Of a stretch of DNA of 64,000 nucleotides, positions 38,777-48,035 are shown piece after piece. Source of the DNA: an uncultured Armatimonadetes bacterium (GTDB lineage: Bacteria; Armatimonadota; UBA5829; DTJY01). How positions within the stretch are numbered: position 1 is the first letter of the stretch; every line of letters starts with the position of its first letter. The notes under the pieces were generated by a model, which was not told the origin of the DNA, ran no database searches, and saw nothing but the letters and a program-made list of their open reading frames with translations. Made by a program: the position numbers and the translations under genes. The stretch is taken from positions 352,001 to 416,000 of the forward strand of contig OY970325.1 in assembly GCA_963717145.1 (NCBI GenBank), in the 5' to 3' direction.

Positions 38777-40129
38777 TCACGGGCGGATTGCCGGATAGCG
38801 CGACCCAGGCCTGCGGGCGCCGTCCGCCAGCGAGATATCGTAAAGGTAGTCGGCCAGGATGTGCCGCTCCTCATCGTTGCCCGAGAAGGGCGGCATCCAT
38901 GGGATCATCTCGCGGGTGTGCCCGAGGATCACGTAGATCCCGTCGGCTGTTCGACCCCGGACCCGGTCACCGATGTCATTGACGCCGCCGATGGTGTGGC
39001 ACGCCCCGCAGTTCTGGCCGAAGAGGTACTCGCCGGGTGAGGGTCGGTTCGGCTTGACGCTCGTCGCCGAGTACCAGTAGCTGTTCCGGAGCATGCCATC
39101 TCTTACGATGAGTTCGTGTTCGTCGACCAGAATCTGGTTTGCATACATGTATCCGGGCATCAAATACGGCCCGCGTATGAACTCCCTGATGTACTCGAAC
39201 TGGGCAACGAATGCGATCGCTGCGATCGTCGCGGGGATCAGCAGGACTCGCGTCGCGAGCGCCTTGCCTCTTGCCGCTACCGGTGCGAGGACCAGGAGAA
39301 CCGCGAGGGCCGATGCATTGAGCGCCCAGAAGACTGCGGGGTTCCTCGGGAGCATCCTCCCGAGCACTGCGCCGATTGCGTGCGTCTTGAAGGTCGGCGG
39401 GATGGTCTGGAAATACCACCATGCGAAGACCACCGTCGCAAGCGTCGCGACGACCATGATCCCTCCGAACACGCGCGAGGCTTCTCGGCGGAAACCGACG
39501 TTCCAGCGAGTGATGTACAGGTATGCCAGGGATATCAGGCCCGCGAGCGCGAATGAGCCGGTCAGCCTCAGGAAGAGGTGCGGGAGGAACGACGGATTCA
39601 GGAACGCCTGCCAGAAGCTCCGGCTCCACGGCCAGCCGTCGCTTGTGAGCATGAAACTGATGATGCCGGCGATCAGGATGGCTGAGCAGATCGCCCAGGC
39701 CAGGTAGCTTGCCCCGAGTCGCACGTGCGCCATCTTCCGCGCTCCCTGCCACCTGTCCCAGAGGTAGTAGTACGCCAGCAGGACAAGGAGTTCGCCGATG
39801 AATGTGAACCATTCGATCCACCACGGCCAGAAGAAGACCCGAAGCATCGAGCCGATCGCGCGAGGAGCGAGGACGCTCGTGTAGAACCAGATGCCGACTC
39901 CCGATACCGCGCCGGCGGACGTTATGGTGATGGCGGTGACTCGGATGAAGCTTCGGGCGAAGGATTCCCAGTCCTGTGAGGCCCTTCGAATGCCGATGTA
40001 CTCCGCGAGCACTATGAGCCCGAACACGCCGACGGAGAACCCGTGGCTGATGAGTACGTGGATAACCGCCTCGAGGCCGATAGTGAGTCCATCGCCCATG
40101 TGGCCTGGGTGGTAGATAGGGAACTGCAT
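38777..40129 (-). CDS. Cytochrome bd subunit I-like membrane protein with C-terminal heme c
   Basis: IHVLISH, GVGIWF, W.IEW, EYIREFIRGPY, CGACH. Confidence 0.72.
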   Translation of the reverse strand: MQFPIYHPGHMGDGLTIGLEAVIHVLISHGFSVGVFGLIVLAEYIGIRRASQDWESFARSFIRVTAITITSAGAVSGVGIWFYTSVLAPRAIGSMLRVFFWPWWIEWFTFIGELLVLLAYYYLWDRWQGARKMAHVRLGASYLAWAICSAILIAGIISFMLTSDGWPWSRSFWQAFLNPSFLPHLFLRLTGSFALAGLISLAYLYITRWNVGFRREASRVFGGIMVVATLATVVFAWWYFQTIPPTFKTHAIGAVLGRMLPRNPAVFWALNASALAVLLVLAPVAARGKALATRVLLIPATIAAIAFVAQFEYIREFIRGPYLMPGYMYANQILVDEHELIVRDGMLRNSYWYSATSVKPNRPSPGEYLFGQNCGACHTIGGVNDIGDRVRGRTADGIYVILGHTREMIPWMPPFSGNDEERHILADYLYDISLADGARRPGSRYPAIRP

Positions 40130-40310
40130 GCAGGAGGGCCTCCGTCCCAGTGATACTCCGCCCTATCTTGTTCCCCATAACGGATGAGTTAAAACCGCCG
40201 AGTGCGCAACCTCTAGCTGGATTGCTTGTGGGAGGCGGGACCATGTTGGGGAGGGAGTGGTACTCCCTCCCCTCCTATTGGCACTGTCGTCCTCTGTGCC
40301 CGGTCTGCGC

Positions 40311-41303
40311 TTACCTCACGAGCTGGCCGAGGAGCCACGCATGCTCCATGTCCTCGCGGTAGAGATCGCTGAAGACCTCCTTTGCCAGGTCGTTCGTCTC
40401 GGTCTCCATCAGCCTCTGGTAGTTCTGCATCTCGACCTGCTCGTGAACTAGCGCTCTCTCGAGCATGGTCTCGTTCGGATCGATGATCGACCCCAGGATG
40501 CTGACGTGCTGGTCCTCGATGCTGCTGAACGCCGCATAGTGCGTCCTTTGGTCCTGGTCCCGCTCCATGTGCATGGAATACATATAGCCGGTCCATGCCG
40601 ACACCTCGCCCGCCATCGCCATATCGACGTTGAGAGCGGTGCGGGGGTCGGCTGTGTTTTTGTCGTAGCAGCCACTCCAGTCGCCCTGCCAGATGGTGTC
40701 CTCCGGCTTCATGAACTGCTGATCGAGCGAACGTCCGCCTTTGAGGTCGGCGCCGCCGGTGTACCAGTCGGCCGGGCAGCCTGCATTGCGGACGAGATCC
40801 TCAGCGTACCGGGCATGCTCAAGATGGTCGTCGAAGATGTGACGATAGGCCTTCTTGATCGTCTCGCTGGCTTCGTTCTCCATGCACATCGTGTATGCGC
40901 TGAGTGCCGCAGTCTCCGCTGCCAGTACTGCCTCCGATGTTGCATGTGGCGTGGGCAGCAGCGACATCAGTCTCATGTGGTGGAGATGCTCGGCCCGAGC
41001 TATTTGGCCGAACAGGCTCTTCATCTCGGCATCGGCAGTCCACGCCCCATATGCGCGATAGTCGGCCCAGTGCTGCGCCTCGACCGCCATCATCTGTATG
41101 ACGCTCTGTAAGGTCCGCGGATCGCCCTCATGGAGCGGCAGTTGATCGTGCGTGTCCTTCCTGACGCCGTCAACGCTCCAGGGAAAGATCTGCTCCTCGA
41201 GTGGTTCACCCCGCTCCGAAGGGATGAAACCTCTGTAGTTGTCGTTCACGCCCCGCATCCAATCGGCGAAGCTTTCCTCCCATACCTTCATCTGGATTGC
41301 CAT
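40311..41303 (-). CDS. Ferritin-like (ExxH) domain protein, probably duplicated
   Basis: EAQH, EHLH, EDQH and EDMEH motifs in helical context. Confidence 0.6.
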   Translation of the reverse strand: MAIQMKVWEESFADWMRGVNDNYRGFIPSERGEPLEEQIFPWSVDGVRKDTHDQLPLHEGDPRTLQSVIQMMAVEAQHWADYRAYGAWTADAEMKSLFGQIARAEHLHHMRLMSLLPTPHATSEAVLAAETAALSAYTMCMENEASETIKKAYRHIFDDHLEHARYAEDLVRNAGCPADWYTGGADLKGGRSLDQQFMKPEDTIWQGDWSGCYDKNTADPRTALNVDMAMAGEVSAWTGYMYSMHMERDQDQRTHYAAFSSIEDQHVSILGSIIDPNETMLERALVHEQVEMQNYQRLMETETNDLAKEVFSDLYREDMEHAWLLGQLVR

Positions 41304-41419
41304 TCCTCATGGTCTCCTCTCCGGGAAATCGTACAGCTCGAACGTTGTACCACGCGTGCATGTTCCCAGCGCCGGGCACTGCGAAACGTGTTTCTTGGCT
41401 CCAAATCCGAGGGAGGTTT

Positions 41420-42328
41420 CTAGCCGAGGAGTGCGTTGTGAATGGCGGTACAGGCGATCGCTGCATGTCCCATCCCGACGACCACTTGAGCCACGTCACC
41501 GCTGACGACGTCACCCGCGGCATAGACCCCTGTGAAGCTTGTCTGCTGCTGGGCATCAACTTCGATGTAGCCGCCGGAGTCCAACTCGATGCTCATCTGT
41601 TTCGCCAGCTCGTTGTTCGGGGAGAGGCCCATGGTGCTGTAGCCTCGGAAGACTCCCTCGATCCTGTCGCCGTCGTCGAGGATGACGGTCCCGAGTTCGT
41701 CGCCCGTTTCCACGATGTTGGCGACCTTCGCCTCGAGGATCGGGATGCCGGCGTCCCGGAGCTGCTCCCTGAGCAGAGGTTCGATCTCATCGGCGCTGTG
41801 ACCGCAGGTCAGCAGGGTGAGGTCTCTGGAGTAGTGCGCCATCCACAGAGTCTCCGACGCGGCATGGTTGCCGTCGCCGATCATGACGATCTTCCGTCCG
41901 CGGGACTCATACGCATCGCAGACCGGGCAATGACGGATCGTCAAACCTTTGTAGCGGTCGGCGTCCGGAATCTCCGGCGGGATGTCGAACACCCCTGTGG
42001 CAAGGATGATCTTGCCGGCGGTCAACTCGCCCTCGGACGTGCGGAGGCGGAAATCGCCGTCTGATCCGTCTATCGAACGGACACGCTCGGCTCGGATCTC
42101 TGCGCCGTAGAGGAGAGCCTGATCTCTGAGGCATCCCAATAAGGCGCTGCCCGTCACGCCGCCCGGGAAGCACGGGAAGTTGCGGGTGACGGGAATCCAC
42201 GACGCCCGCGGCCTTCCTCCGTCAAATATGATAGAATGTCGCAGAAACCTGCCGAGATATGTGGCGCAGTGTAATCCCACCGGCCCGGCGCCGACGATCG
42301 CGCAGTCGAAGTCCATGTGTCTGATCAC
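41420..42328 (-). CDS. Thioredoxin reductase-like FAD/NAD(P) oxidoreductase
   Basis: IVGAGPVG, ILATG, CPVCD, VYAAGD. Confidence 0.9.
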   Translation of the reverse strand: MIRHMDFDCAIVGAGPVGLHCATYLGRFLRHSIIFDGGRPRASWIPVTRNFPCFPGGVTGSALLGCLRDQALLYGAEIRAERVRSIDGSDGDFRLRTSEGELTAGKIILATGVFDIPPEIPDADRYKGLTIRHCPVCDAYESRGRKIVMIGDGNHAASETLWMAHYSRDLTLLTCGHSADEIEPLLREQLRDAGIPILEAKVANIVETGDELGTVILDDGDRIEGVFRGYSTMGLSPNNELAKQMSIELDSGGYIEVDAQQQTSFTGVYAAGDVVSGDVAQVVVGMGHAAIACTAIHNALLG

Positions 42329-42419
42329 CTCTGGTTAGTCATACCCAGAAGTGGCCCGGAATGCGCACATGGTTTGGGTTGCTCTCCGGCACAGGTAGAA
42401 TAGGTCAGAGGTGTGATGC

Positions 42420-42998
42420 ATGATTAGAGGCGAAAAGGTAATACTCCGGGCGATCGAACCCGACGATGTGCCCCAGCTTTGGGAGTGGATGCAGGACGAG
42501 GAACTGATGCGGTTGCGTGACTACCCGATGCCCCCGACATCGCTCGATCAGGCGCGCAGGGAGTTCGAGCAGTCGCCGGACAACAGTGCAGATCATCTGC
42601 ACCTTGCGATCACCACCCTCGATGGCGAGTTGATCGGCGAGACGACTCTTCGCGACATCGACCAGCGGAATAGGGGTGCGATCTTCACGATTGCGATCGG
42701 AGACAGGAAGAACTGGGGGCACGGATACGGCTCGGATGCGACTCGCTGCCTGATGAAGTACGCGTTCGAGCAGATGAACCTGCATCGCATCGACCTCTTT
42801 GTCCATGCCACGAACGAGCGCGCGATCAAGGCTTACGAGAAGTACGGATTCCAGCACGACGGCCGGCTCCGTGAGGCGCACTACATGGATGGCAAGTACT
42901 CCGACGTGCTGCTCATGGGCCTCCTGTATGACGACTTCAAGGCAGCAGAGGAGGCTCGGACGCAGCCCGATGTGGCTCGGATCCCGGCTCACATGTAG
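42420..42998 (+). CDS. RimJ/RimL-family GNAT acetyltransferase
   Basis: WGHGYG, NLHRI, NERAIKAYEKYGF. Confidence 0.92.
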   Translation: MIRGEKVILRAIEPDDVPQLWEWMQDEELMRLRDYPMPPTSLDQARREFEQSPDNSADHLHLAITTLDGELIGETTLRDIDQRNRGAIFTIAIGDRKNWGHGYGSDATRCLMKYAFEQMNLHRIDLFVHATNERAIKAYEKYGFQHDGRLREAHYMDGKYSDVLLMGLLYDDFKAAEEARTQPDVARIPAHM

Positions 42999-43064
42999 TG
43001 GCCGCGCCTCCGTGCCGGCCTGAGGCGTGCCATGGCCGGCACGGAGGCGCGGCCACTACATGTG
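42990..43064. repeat. REP-like palindrome, family B, second copy; contains the GNAT stop codon
   Basis: 31-bp perfect arms at 42990-43020 and 43034-43064. Confidence 0.9.
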
Positions 43065-43071
43065 CCACTGT

Positions 43072-44124
43072 TCACTTCGCCAACGGATTCTGCCGGTGGC
43101 ATTCCTCGATCACTTCGATCTGGCGGCGAACCTGCTCCGGTGGGATCGCGAGCGGTGTGCCCTTCGTCAGCGCGTCGTACAGATTGCCGTAAAACTGCTT
43201 GGCCATGTACCCGAACCAGCTCTTCTGCTCCTCCGGTATGTCCCAAGTCTCCGTGTGCCAGGTCAGGTCCTCGCCGCAGTACTTCCGGCCCTCGAGCGGT
43301 TCGCGGATGAGGTGCTGCTCGGGCGCTTCCTCGGGCTTGTAGTACTTCCATTCGAGGTGGTTCGCCGTGCCGTTCAGGCCGCCGTACTGAGCATAGATCT
43401 GATACATGGAGGTCGAGTAGGGCGCGCAGGATGAGATCTCGAGGTCGATAGTCGGCCGATCCTTGCCGGTGAGCAGGACTTTCACGTGGTCCTCCGCGTT
43501 GCCGAACGTGTTCACCCGGTCCATGATGCAGTGGACCTGGGGCATCATATCGAAGCCGAAGAGCCGGAGCACCTGGTCCATCGGATGCGGGCCGGTGTTG
43601 AGCAGGCTTCCCGCGTTCATCTCCTGGAGCGTCTGCCAGTCCCACCGTCGTCCGAAGCCGTTGAACGCAACCTTGATCTGGATGATGCGCCCGAGCACGC
43701 CGGAATCGAGCACCTTGAGGATCTGCTGGAAGTACGGCGCGAACCTCGACTGCTGGAAGATCGCGAAGACCTTGCCGGTTTCCTTCGACTTGGCGACGAG
43801 CTTATCGACGTCCGCCGCGTACCGGGCGATCGGCTTCTCGCAGAGAACGTTGTGGCCCGCGTCCATGATCTCGAGCGTCACGGGCACGTGGTCCGGGCTC
43901 ATCGTGGCGTTGACGACGAGATCGAGGTCGTCGCGCTTGAGCATCTCCTTGTAGTCGGTGTAGGCGGCGCACCCGGTCGCGTTCACGGCGTCGTCACATC
44001 GTCCGTCGAGCGGATCGGCGACGGCGGCGATCTCGTACTGGTCGGGCATCTCCTTCAGCGTGGCGATGTGGATGTTATGGCCGCTTCTCCCCTGGCCGAT
44101 AACGGCGGTTCGTATCTTCTTCAT
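43072..44124 (-). CDS. Gfo/Idh/MocA-family oxidoreductase
   Basis: IGQGRSG, VLCEKP, GSLLNTGPH. Confidence 0.93.
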   Translation of the reverse strand: MKKIRTAVIGQGRSGHNIHIATLKEMPDQYEIAAVADPLDGRCDDAVNATGCAAYTDYKEMLKRDDLDLVVNATMSPDHVPVTLEIMDAGHNVLCEKPIARYAADVDKLVAKSKETGKVFAIFQQSRFAPYFQQILKVLDSGVLGRIIQIKVAFNGFGRRWDWQTLQEMNAGSLLNTGPHPMDQVLRLFGFDMMPQVHCIMDRVNTFGNAEDHVKVLLTGKDRPTIDLEISSCAPYSTSMYQIYAQYGGLNGTANHLEWKYYKPEEAPEQHLIREPLEGRKYCGEDLTWHTETWDIPEEQKSWFGYMAKQFYGNLYDALTKGTPLAIPPEQVRRQIEVIEECHRQNPLAK

Positions 44125-44140
44125 GGTTATTTCCCTTCTT

Positions 44141-44230
44141 TGGAGTGCGGAAGCGGAGTCTGCGGAGCTTCCGCTTTGGCTCGTCTGCAAAGCAAAGCGG
44201 AAGCTCCGCAGACTCCGCTTCCGCACTCCA
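44141..44230. repeat. TGGAGTGCG...CGCACTCCA palindrome (38-bp arms)
   Basis: 44141-44178 is the reverse complement of 44193-44230. Confidence 0.9.
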
Positions 44231-44233
44231 TAC

Positions 44234-45667
44234 CTACTGCTTTACCTTCTTGAACTCGACCTGGAATCCCTCCCCGCAGGTCTTGACCGATGCCGGTTCG
44301 CCGTCGAGGCCGAGAGTGAACGTCATCTTCACATCCTCGTGCTGCTCGGGATGCTCGTTCTTGCCGATGAACGTGTCGAAATGGTGGTGCTTCAGCTTGT
44401 AGTCGGTCCCGTACTTCGCATGGAGAGCGCCATCCACAAGTGTGATCGCCAGTGTCCCGTATGCGGCATCCTCGTAGTCGCCCACGTATGCCTCCAGCGC
44501 GCGTGAGGTCTTGGTCCGCTTGTGATGGACCTCCTTGGCCTTCTTCTCCTTCGCCTCCAACTTCTGGGCTGCCTGGACCTTCTTGATGTCGGCATTCCAA
44601 TCCCGCTTCGGGAGGTCGAGCAGGATGTCCCTGAGCGCGTTGGCGAGGCACCCGGACGGCCCATCCATCGCGATGTTCGTCAGCACGGTGAAACCGCTCT
44701 TCCTCCCAGGGATGAGCGTCGTATTGCTCGTGAATCCCCTGAGCCAGCCGCCGTGACTAACGATGATCTCGCCGCGATACTCCATCTTGTTCCATCCCAG
44801 GCAGTAAGTCGAGAGGTTCGAGCCGTGATCGATGCCGTACTTGTCGGGATTCTCGACCGGAACGACCATGTGCGGCTTCTTTGTTTCATCGAGGCTCTTC
44901 TTGGAGACGACCTGCTTCCCCTTGAACTCCCCGTCGTTCAGATGAAGGCGGATCCACTTGCTCATGTCCTCGGCGCTCGCGTTGATCGCGCCGGCCGCGG
45001 TCGAGTTGTCGTGCTTCGGCGCGGGAACCATGACGGTCTTGCCCTTGTGCGGCACATGTCCGTGCGAGTGGTCCGCCGATGCCTCTGTTTCGCTGACCTT
45101 GGTGAGCGCCTTCATGCCAAGTGGCTTGAAGATTCGCTTCTTGACGAACTCCTGCCAGGTGCTCCCCGATGCCGCCCCGACGCAGAGGCCCGCCGCGGAG
45201 AACGGGACGTTCGCGTACTCGTAGGTCGATCGGAATGAGGTCGACTTGGGAGCGAGCCCGTATCGGCGGACGATCTCCTCCGCATCCCGATCCTCTACGC
45301 CCCAGAGCGCGTCGTGCCGGGGCATGCCGGTTCGATGGCTGACGAGGTCGCGCATGGTGACCTGAGCGTCGGCGTGCGGGTCGGAGAGCTTGAAGTACGG
45401 CAGATGCTTCCTGGGGTGGTCATCCCATGACATCTTCCCCTCGTCGACCAGGATCGCCATGCAGGCGGTCGTGAACGCCTTGGTCATCGAGGCGATGGCG
45501 AAGAGGGTGCTCGGCGTGACCGGATCGTCCGTGCCGACCTCCTTGACGCCGTACCCCCTCAGGTATACCTCATCGCCCTGGACGACGGCGACCGCCACTC
45601 CCGGTATCTTCCATGCCTTCATTCCGGCCTGGATTGCTTTATCGATTGCGGATGTGTTGATTGCCAA
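44234..45667 (-). CDS. Serine hydrolase (class C beta-lactamase-like) with DUF3471-like C-terminus
   Basis: FAIASMTK, YEYAN, HGG; YVGDY...YG. Confidence 0.9.
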   Translation of the reverse strand: MAINTSAIDKAIQAGMKAWKIPGVAVAVVQGDEVYLRGYGVKEVGTDDPVTPSTLFAIASMTKAFTTACMAILVDEGKMSWDDHPRKHLPYFKLSDPHADAQVTMRDLVSHRTGMPRHDALWGVEDRDAEEIVRRYGLAPKSTSFRSTYEYANVPFSAAGLCVGAASGSTWQEFVKKRIFKPLGMKALTKVSETEASADHSHGHVPHKGKTVMVPAPKHDNSTAAGAINASAEDMSKWIRLHLNDGEFKGKQVVSKKSLDETKKPHMVVPVENPDKYGIDHGSNLSTYCLGWNKMEYRGEIIVSHGGWLRGFTSNTTLIPGRKSGFTVLTNIAMDGPSGCLANALRDILLDLPKRDWNADIKKVQAAQKLEAKEKKAKEVHHKRTKTSRALEAYVGDYEDAAYGTLAITLVDGALHAKYGTDYKLKHHHFDTFIGKNEHPEQHEDVKMTFTLGLDGEPASVKTCGEGFQVEFKKVKQ

Positions 45668-45805
45668 TCTGCTCTCCCGTGGGGTTGAAGCCCCAGTCTA
45701 TCACCGAAGCATGCTGAAGCAAGCTCGCACCATTATACTATGCGCGGGGTTGCTTACTCCAGCGTGCCTGGTTGATCATATGTGGTGCAAGGACTGACTG
45801 CGCGG

Positions 45806-46720
45806 TCAAAGGAGCCTGCTGACTGTGGACACGACGTGATCGTGGATGTCGGCCGGGATGCATCCGTTGACGATCTCGATTGACATCAGTCTGCCGGGAC
45901 GTCCAGCTATCTTGATAGTCGATCCCGACAGATCAAGGCAGCCACTCAGAGGCTTGACCGCGTGTGCGATCCCCGGTCTGAACGCGAGCTGCCACTTAGT
46001 GGCCGAGATACGGACGAGTGAACAGTCTACCGCATGTCGGGCGAAAACCTTGCTGCCCAAGTATACGCTGCGATTCGCTGACATATCGTACACGGCCATT
46101 GTCATCCCTCCGAGTGTCGCAACTGCAAGGGGCTCCTCGGCTAGTATCTGTTCCGCAAGTTCCTCCAGTCTGATCTGAGCCTCGATTCTCACGAAGTCAT
46201 CGCTGGTGAATGCCTGACCAAATGCAAGTCGTTCCAGGACTCCGTGGTCACACTTGCCCACGTAGCCCGATAGCAGGCGGAACCAGTCGCGCTCCCAGGG
46301 TGTGCCTTTCTCACCTGCGTAACATATGTTGCCTATACCCGCGTAGTGCTGATCGTCCGATGCCAGCCACCTGGCCAACAATACTCCTGCGGGTGTGGAC
46401 AATGCCTCGTTATACTCGATGTGCTGGCATAGCCGCTGTAGTTTCTCAAGCACTGTCGGGGGCCAGGGATGGTGGTCAATCCAGAACACTTCCACGCCGG
46501 CATCCTTCAAAGCCTGCACCGCTTCGACCGAGGGCTCGTCGGCGGGAACATCGGTCACGTACAGCCTGGTCGGCGGGTACTTCAGGGCAGAGTGCAGCTT
46601 GCTCGCGATCCATCTAGCGTTAGAGTACTGCACTCGGTAGTCGGACTGCTCGCGCCGAATGAGTTGGGCCGCGCAGGTCATGCCGTCAACATCGCCATGT
46701 GTGATGATGAGCGCGGTCAT
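45806..46720 (-). CDS. DHH-family phosphoesterase
   Basis: THGDVDG, YVTD, WIDHH; ATGA overlap with the upstream nuclease gene. Confidence 0.8.
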   Translation of the reverse strand: MTALIITHGDVDGMTCAAQLIRREQSDYRVQYSNARWIASKLHSALKYPPTRLYVTDVPADEPSVEAVQALKDAGVEVFWIDHHPWPPTVLEKLQRLCQHIEYNEALSTPAGVLLARWLASDDQHYAGIGNICYAGEKGTPWERDWFRLLSGYVGKCDHGVLERLAFGQAFTSDDFVRIEAQIRLEELAEQILAEEPLAVATLGGMTMAVYDMSANRSVYLGSKVFARHAVDCSLVRISATKWQLAFRPGIAHAVKPLSGCLDLSGSTIKIAGRPGRLMSIEIVNGCIPADIHDHVVSTVSRLL

Positions 46721-47571
46721 AGCTGCTCCCACTCTTCCGAAGGTGGCAGGCCGTAGCAGCCTTCTTCAATCAGGACCAGCTTCGGGCGTAGTGCCGACGA
46801 GCGTGCTGACTCTCTCAATCTGTCCAGCAGCCTGCTCTTGGGATTGTAGGCGTACAGAACGAGCAGGCATTCTACTCTCGGTGGCTGAGAGGGATAAGTG
46901 ACGTTGTCCGGTATCACCCCGAGTTGCTTCTTCTGGTGAACCACAGTCTGGTACGAAGAGGTGACATCCTGGCGGAGACCACCGCCGGGTGCAAAGACAT
47001 CATGGTACTCACGTATCTGCGTCATCAGTTCCTGGATGCGATTGTCCAGCCCCTGCTTGATCTCGACCAGAATGACCGATGCTTCCTCATTACAAGGACA
47101 GGATAGTGCAACCAAGTCCAGGCGTTTCCTGATGCCGTGGGTCTGTATCTGCCTGTCAAGGAAGACGACTGGCGAATCGGTGAGGCAACTCCGTCGGATC
47201 ATGTGTTCCTCGATGGCAGCCTCGGATTTCGCCGTTGCCAGTGCGTTGGATATTACGGTACCCATCTCTGACAGGTAGGTCATTACGAAGGCATCATCCG
47301 CAGCAAAGCAGCGGTACTGCCGGTCTGCTGTATCTGCAAGTAACGTGTTGTCGCGGAACGTCCGGTGGATGTTGGCCTCATATGCCAGGCCCCTCTCACG
47401 AAGCTGCAGCACACTCCGGCCGCTTGCGTACACGTTGATGTAGTTCTCCCTGATCTGGAGGTCCAGACCCCGGTCGAGCGAGGCGCTGAGCAAAGGGGTG
47501 AATCTGCCTTGTATGAGTTCACGCATGAAATCCTCGGTCAACCCGCGCGCGAATGGCTTGTGTCTAGTCAC
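46717..47571 (-). CDS. Putative PD-(D/E)XK nuclease
   Basis: E...LDRQIQ...RLDLVAL...LVEIKQG; LQIRENYINVY; AGGAG before GTG 47571. Confidence 0.68.
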   Translation of the reverse strand: MTRHKPFARGLTEDFMRELIQGRFTPLLSASLDRGLDLQIRENYINVYASGRSVLQLRERGLAYEANIHRTFRDNTLLADTADRQYRCFAADDAFVMTYLSEMGTVISNALATAKSEAAIEEHMIRRSCLTDSPVVFLDRQIQTHGIRKRLDLVALSCPCNEEASVILVEIKQGLDNRIQELMTQIREYHDVFAPGGGLRQDVTSSYQTVVHQKKQLGVIPDNVTYPSQPPRVECLLVLYAYNPKSRLLDRLRESARSSALRPKLVLIEEGCYGLPPSEEWEQL

Positions 47572-47614
47572 GATATACTCCTGCAACGTTCCGCCAGCGC
47601 TCGATCTCGGTGGT

Positions 47615-47863
47615 TCATCGGAGTTTCCCTGTATCATCGTGTTGGGCAGCGCTTTGGCGTCCCACTCTGTAGCTGTAGACACAGGCCCAGATGACGTGCC
47701 CGAGCGCGAACAGGAAGTAGACGACGCCGAAGAACAAGTCATGCTCATCATGATGAATGCCATCGTCCCGAACTCTGGCGATCCCGAGTGTTGCCCATGC
47801 GATTGCGAAGAGCAGGCTGCTGGCTGTCTGAAGTCTCAGTTTCCCTCTGGCTGATAGTCTCAT
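47615..47863 (-). CDS. Small two-TM membrane protein
   Basis: GGAGG before ATG; two hydrophobic segments. Confidence 0.5.
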   Translation of the reverse strand: MRLSARGKLRLQTASSLLFAIAWATLGIARVRDDGIHHDEHDLFFGVVYFLFALGHVIWACVYSYRVGRQSAAQHDDTGKLR

Positions 47864-48035
47864 CGCTGCCTCCAAGGTGTCGTACAGAGATGGCTCAGCT
47901 TGCCTTCGACAAGAAGGATGGGCAGGAGTACAGGCGTATCTCGTCCTGCACATCCTGCCCATCCTTGTCAGTCGGCAAGCGGCAACAGATGCACTCACGG
48001 CTGCTTGCATCGGTTGCCGCTTGCTACTCCAGTTC

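Noticed and set aside
44234-45667. Antibiotic-resistance beta-lactamase
   Set aside because: No signal peptide, and the DUF3471-type architecture fits a generic serine hydrolase
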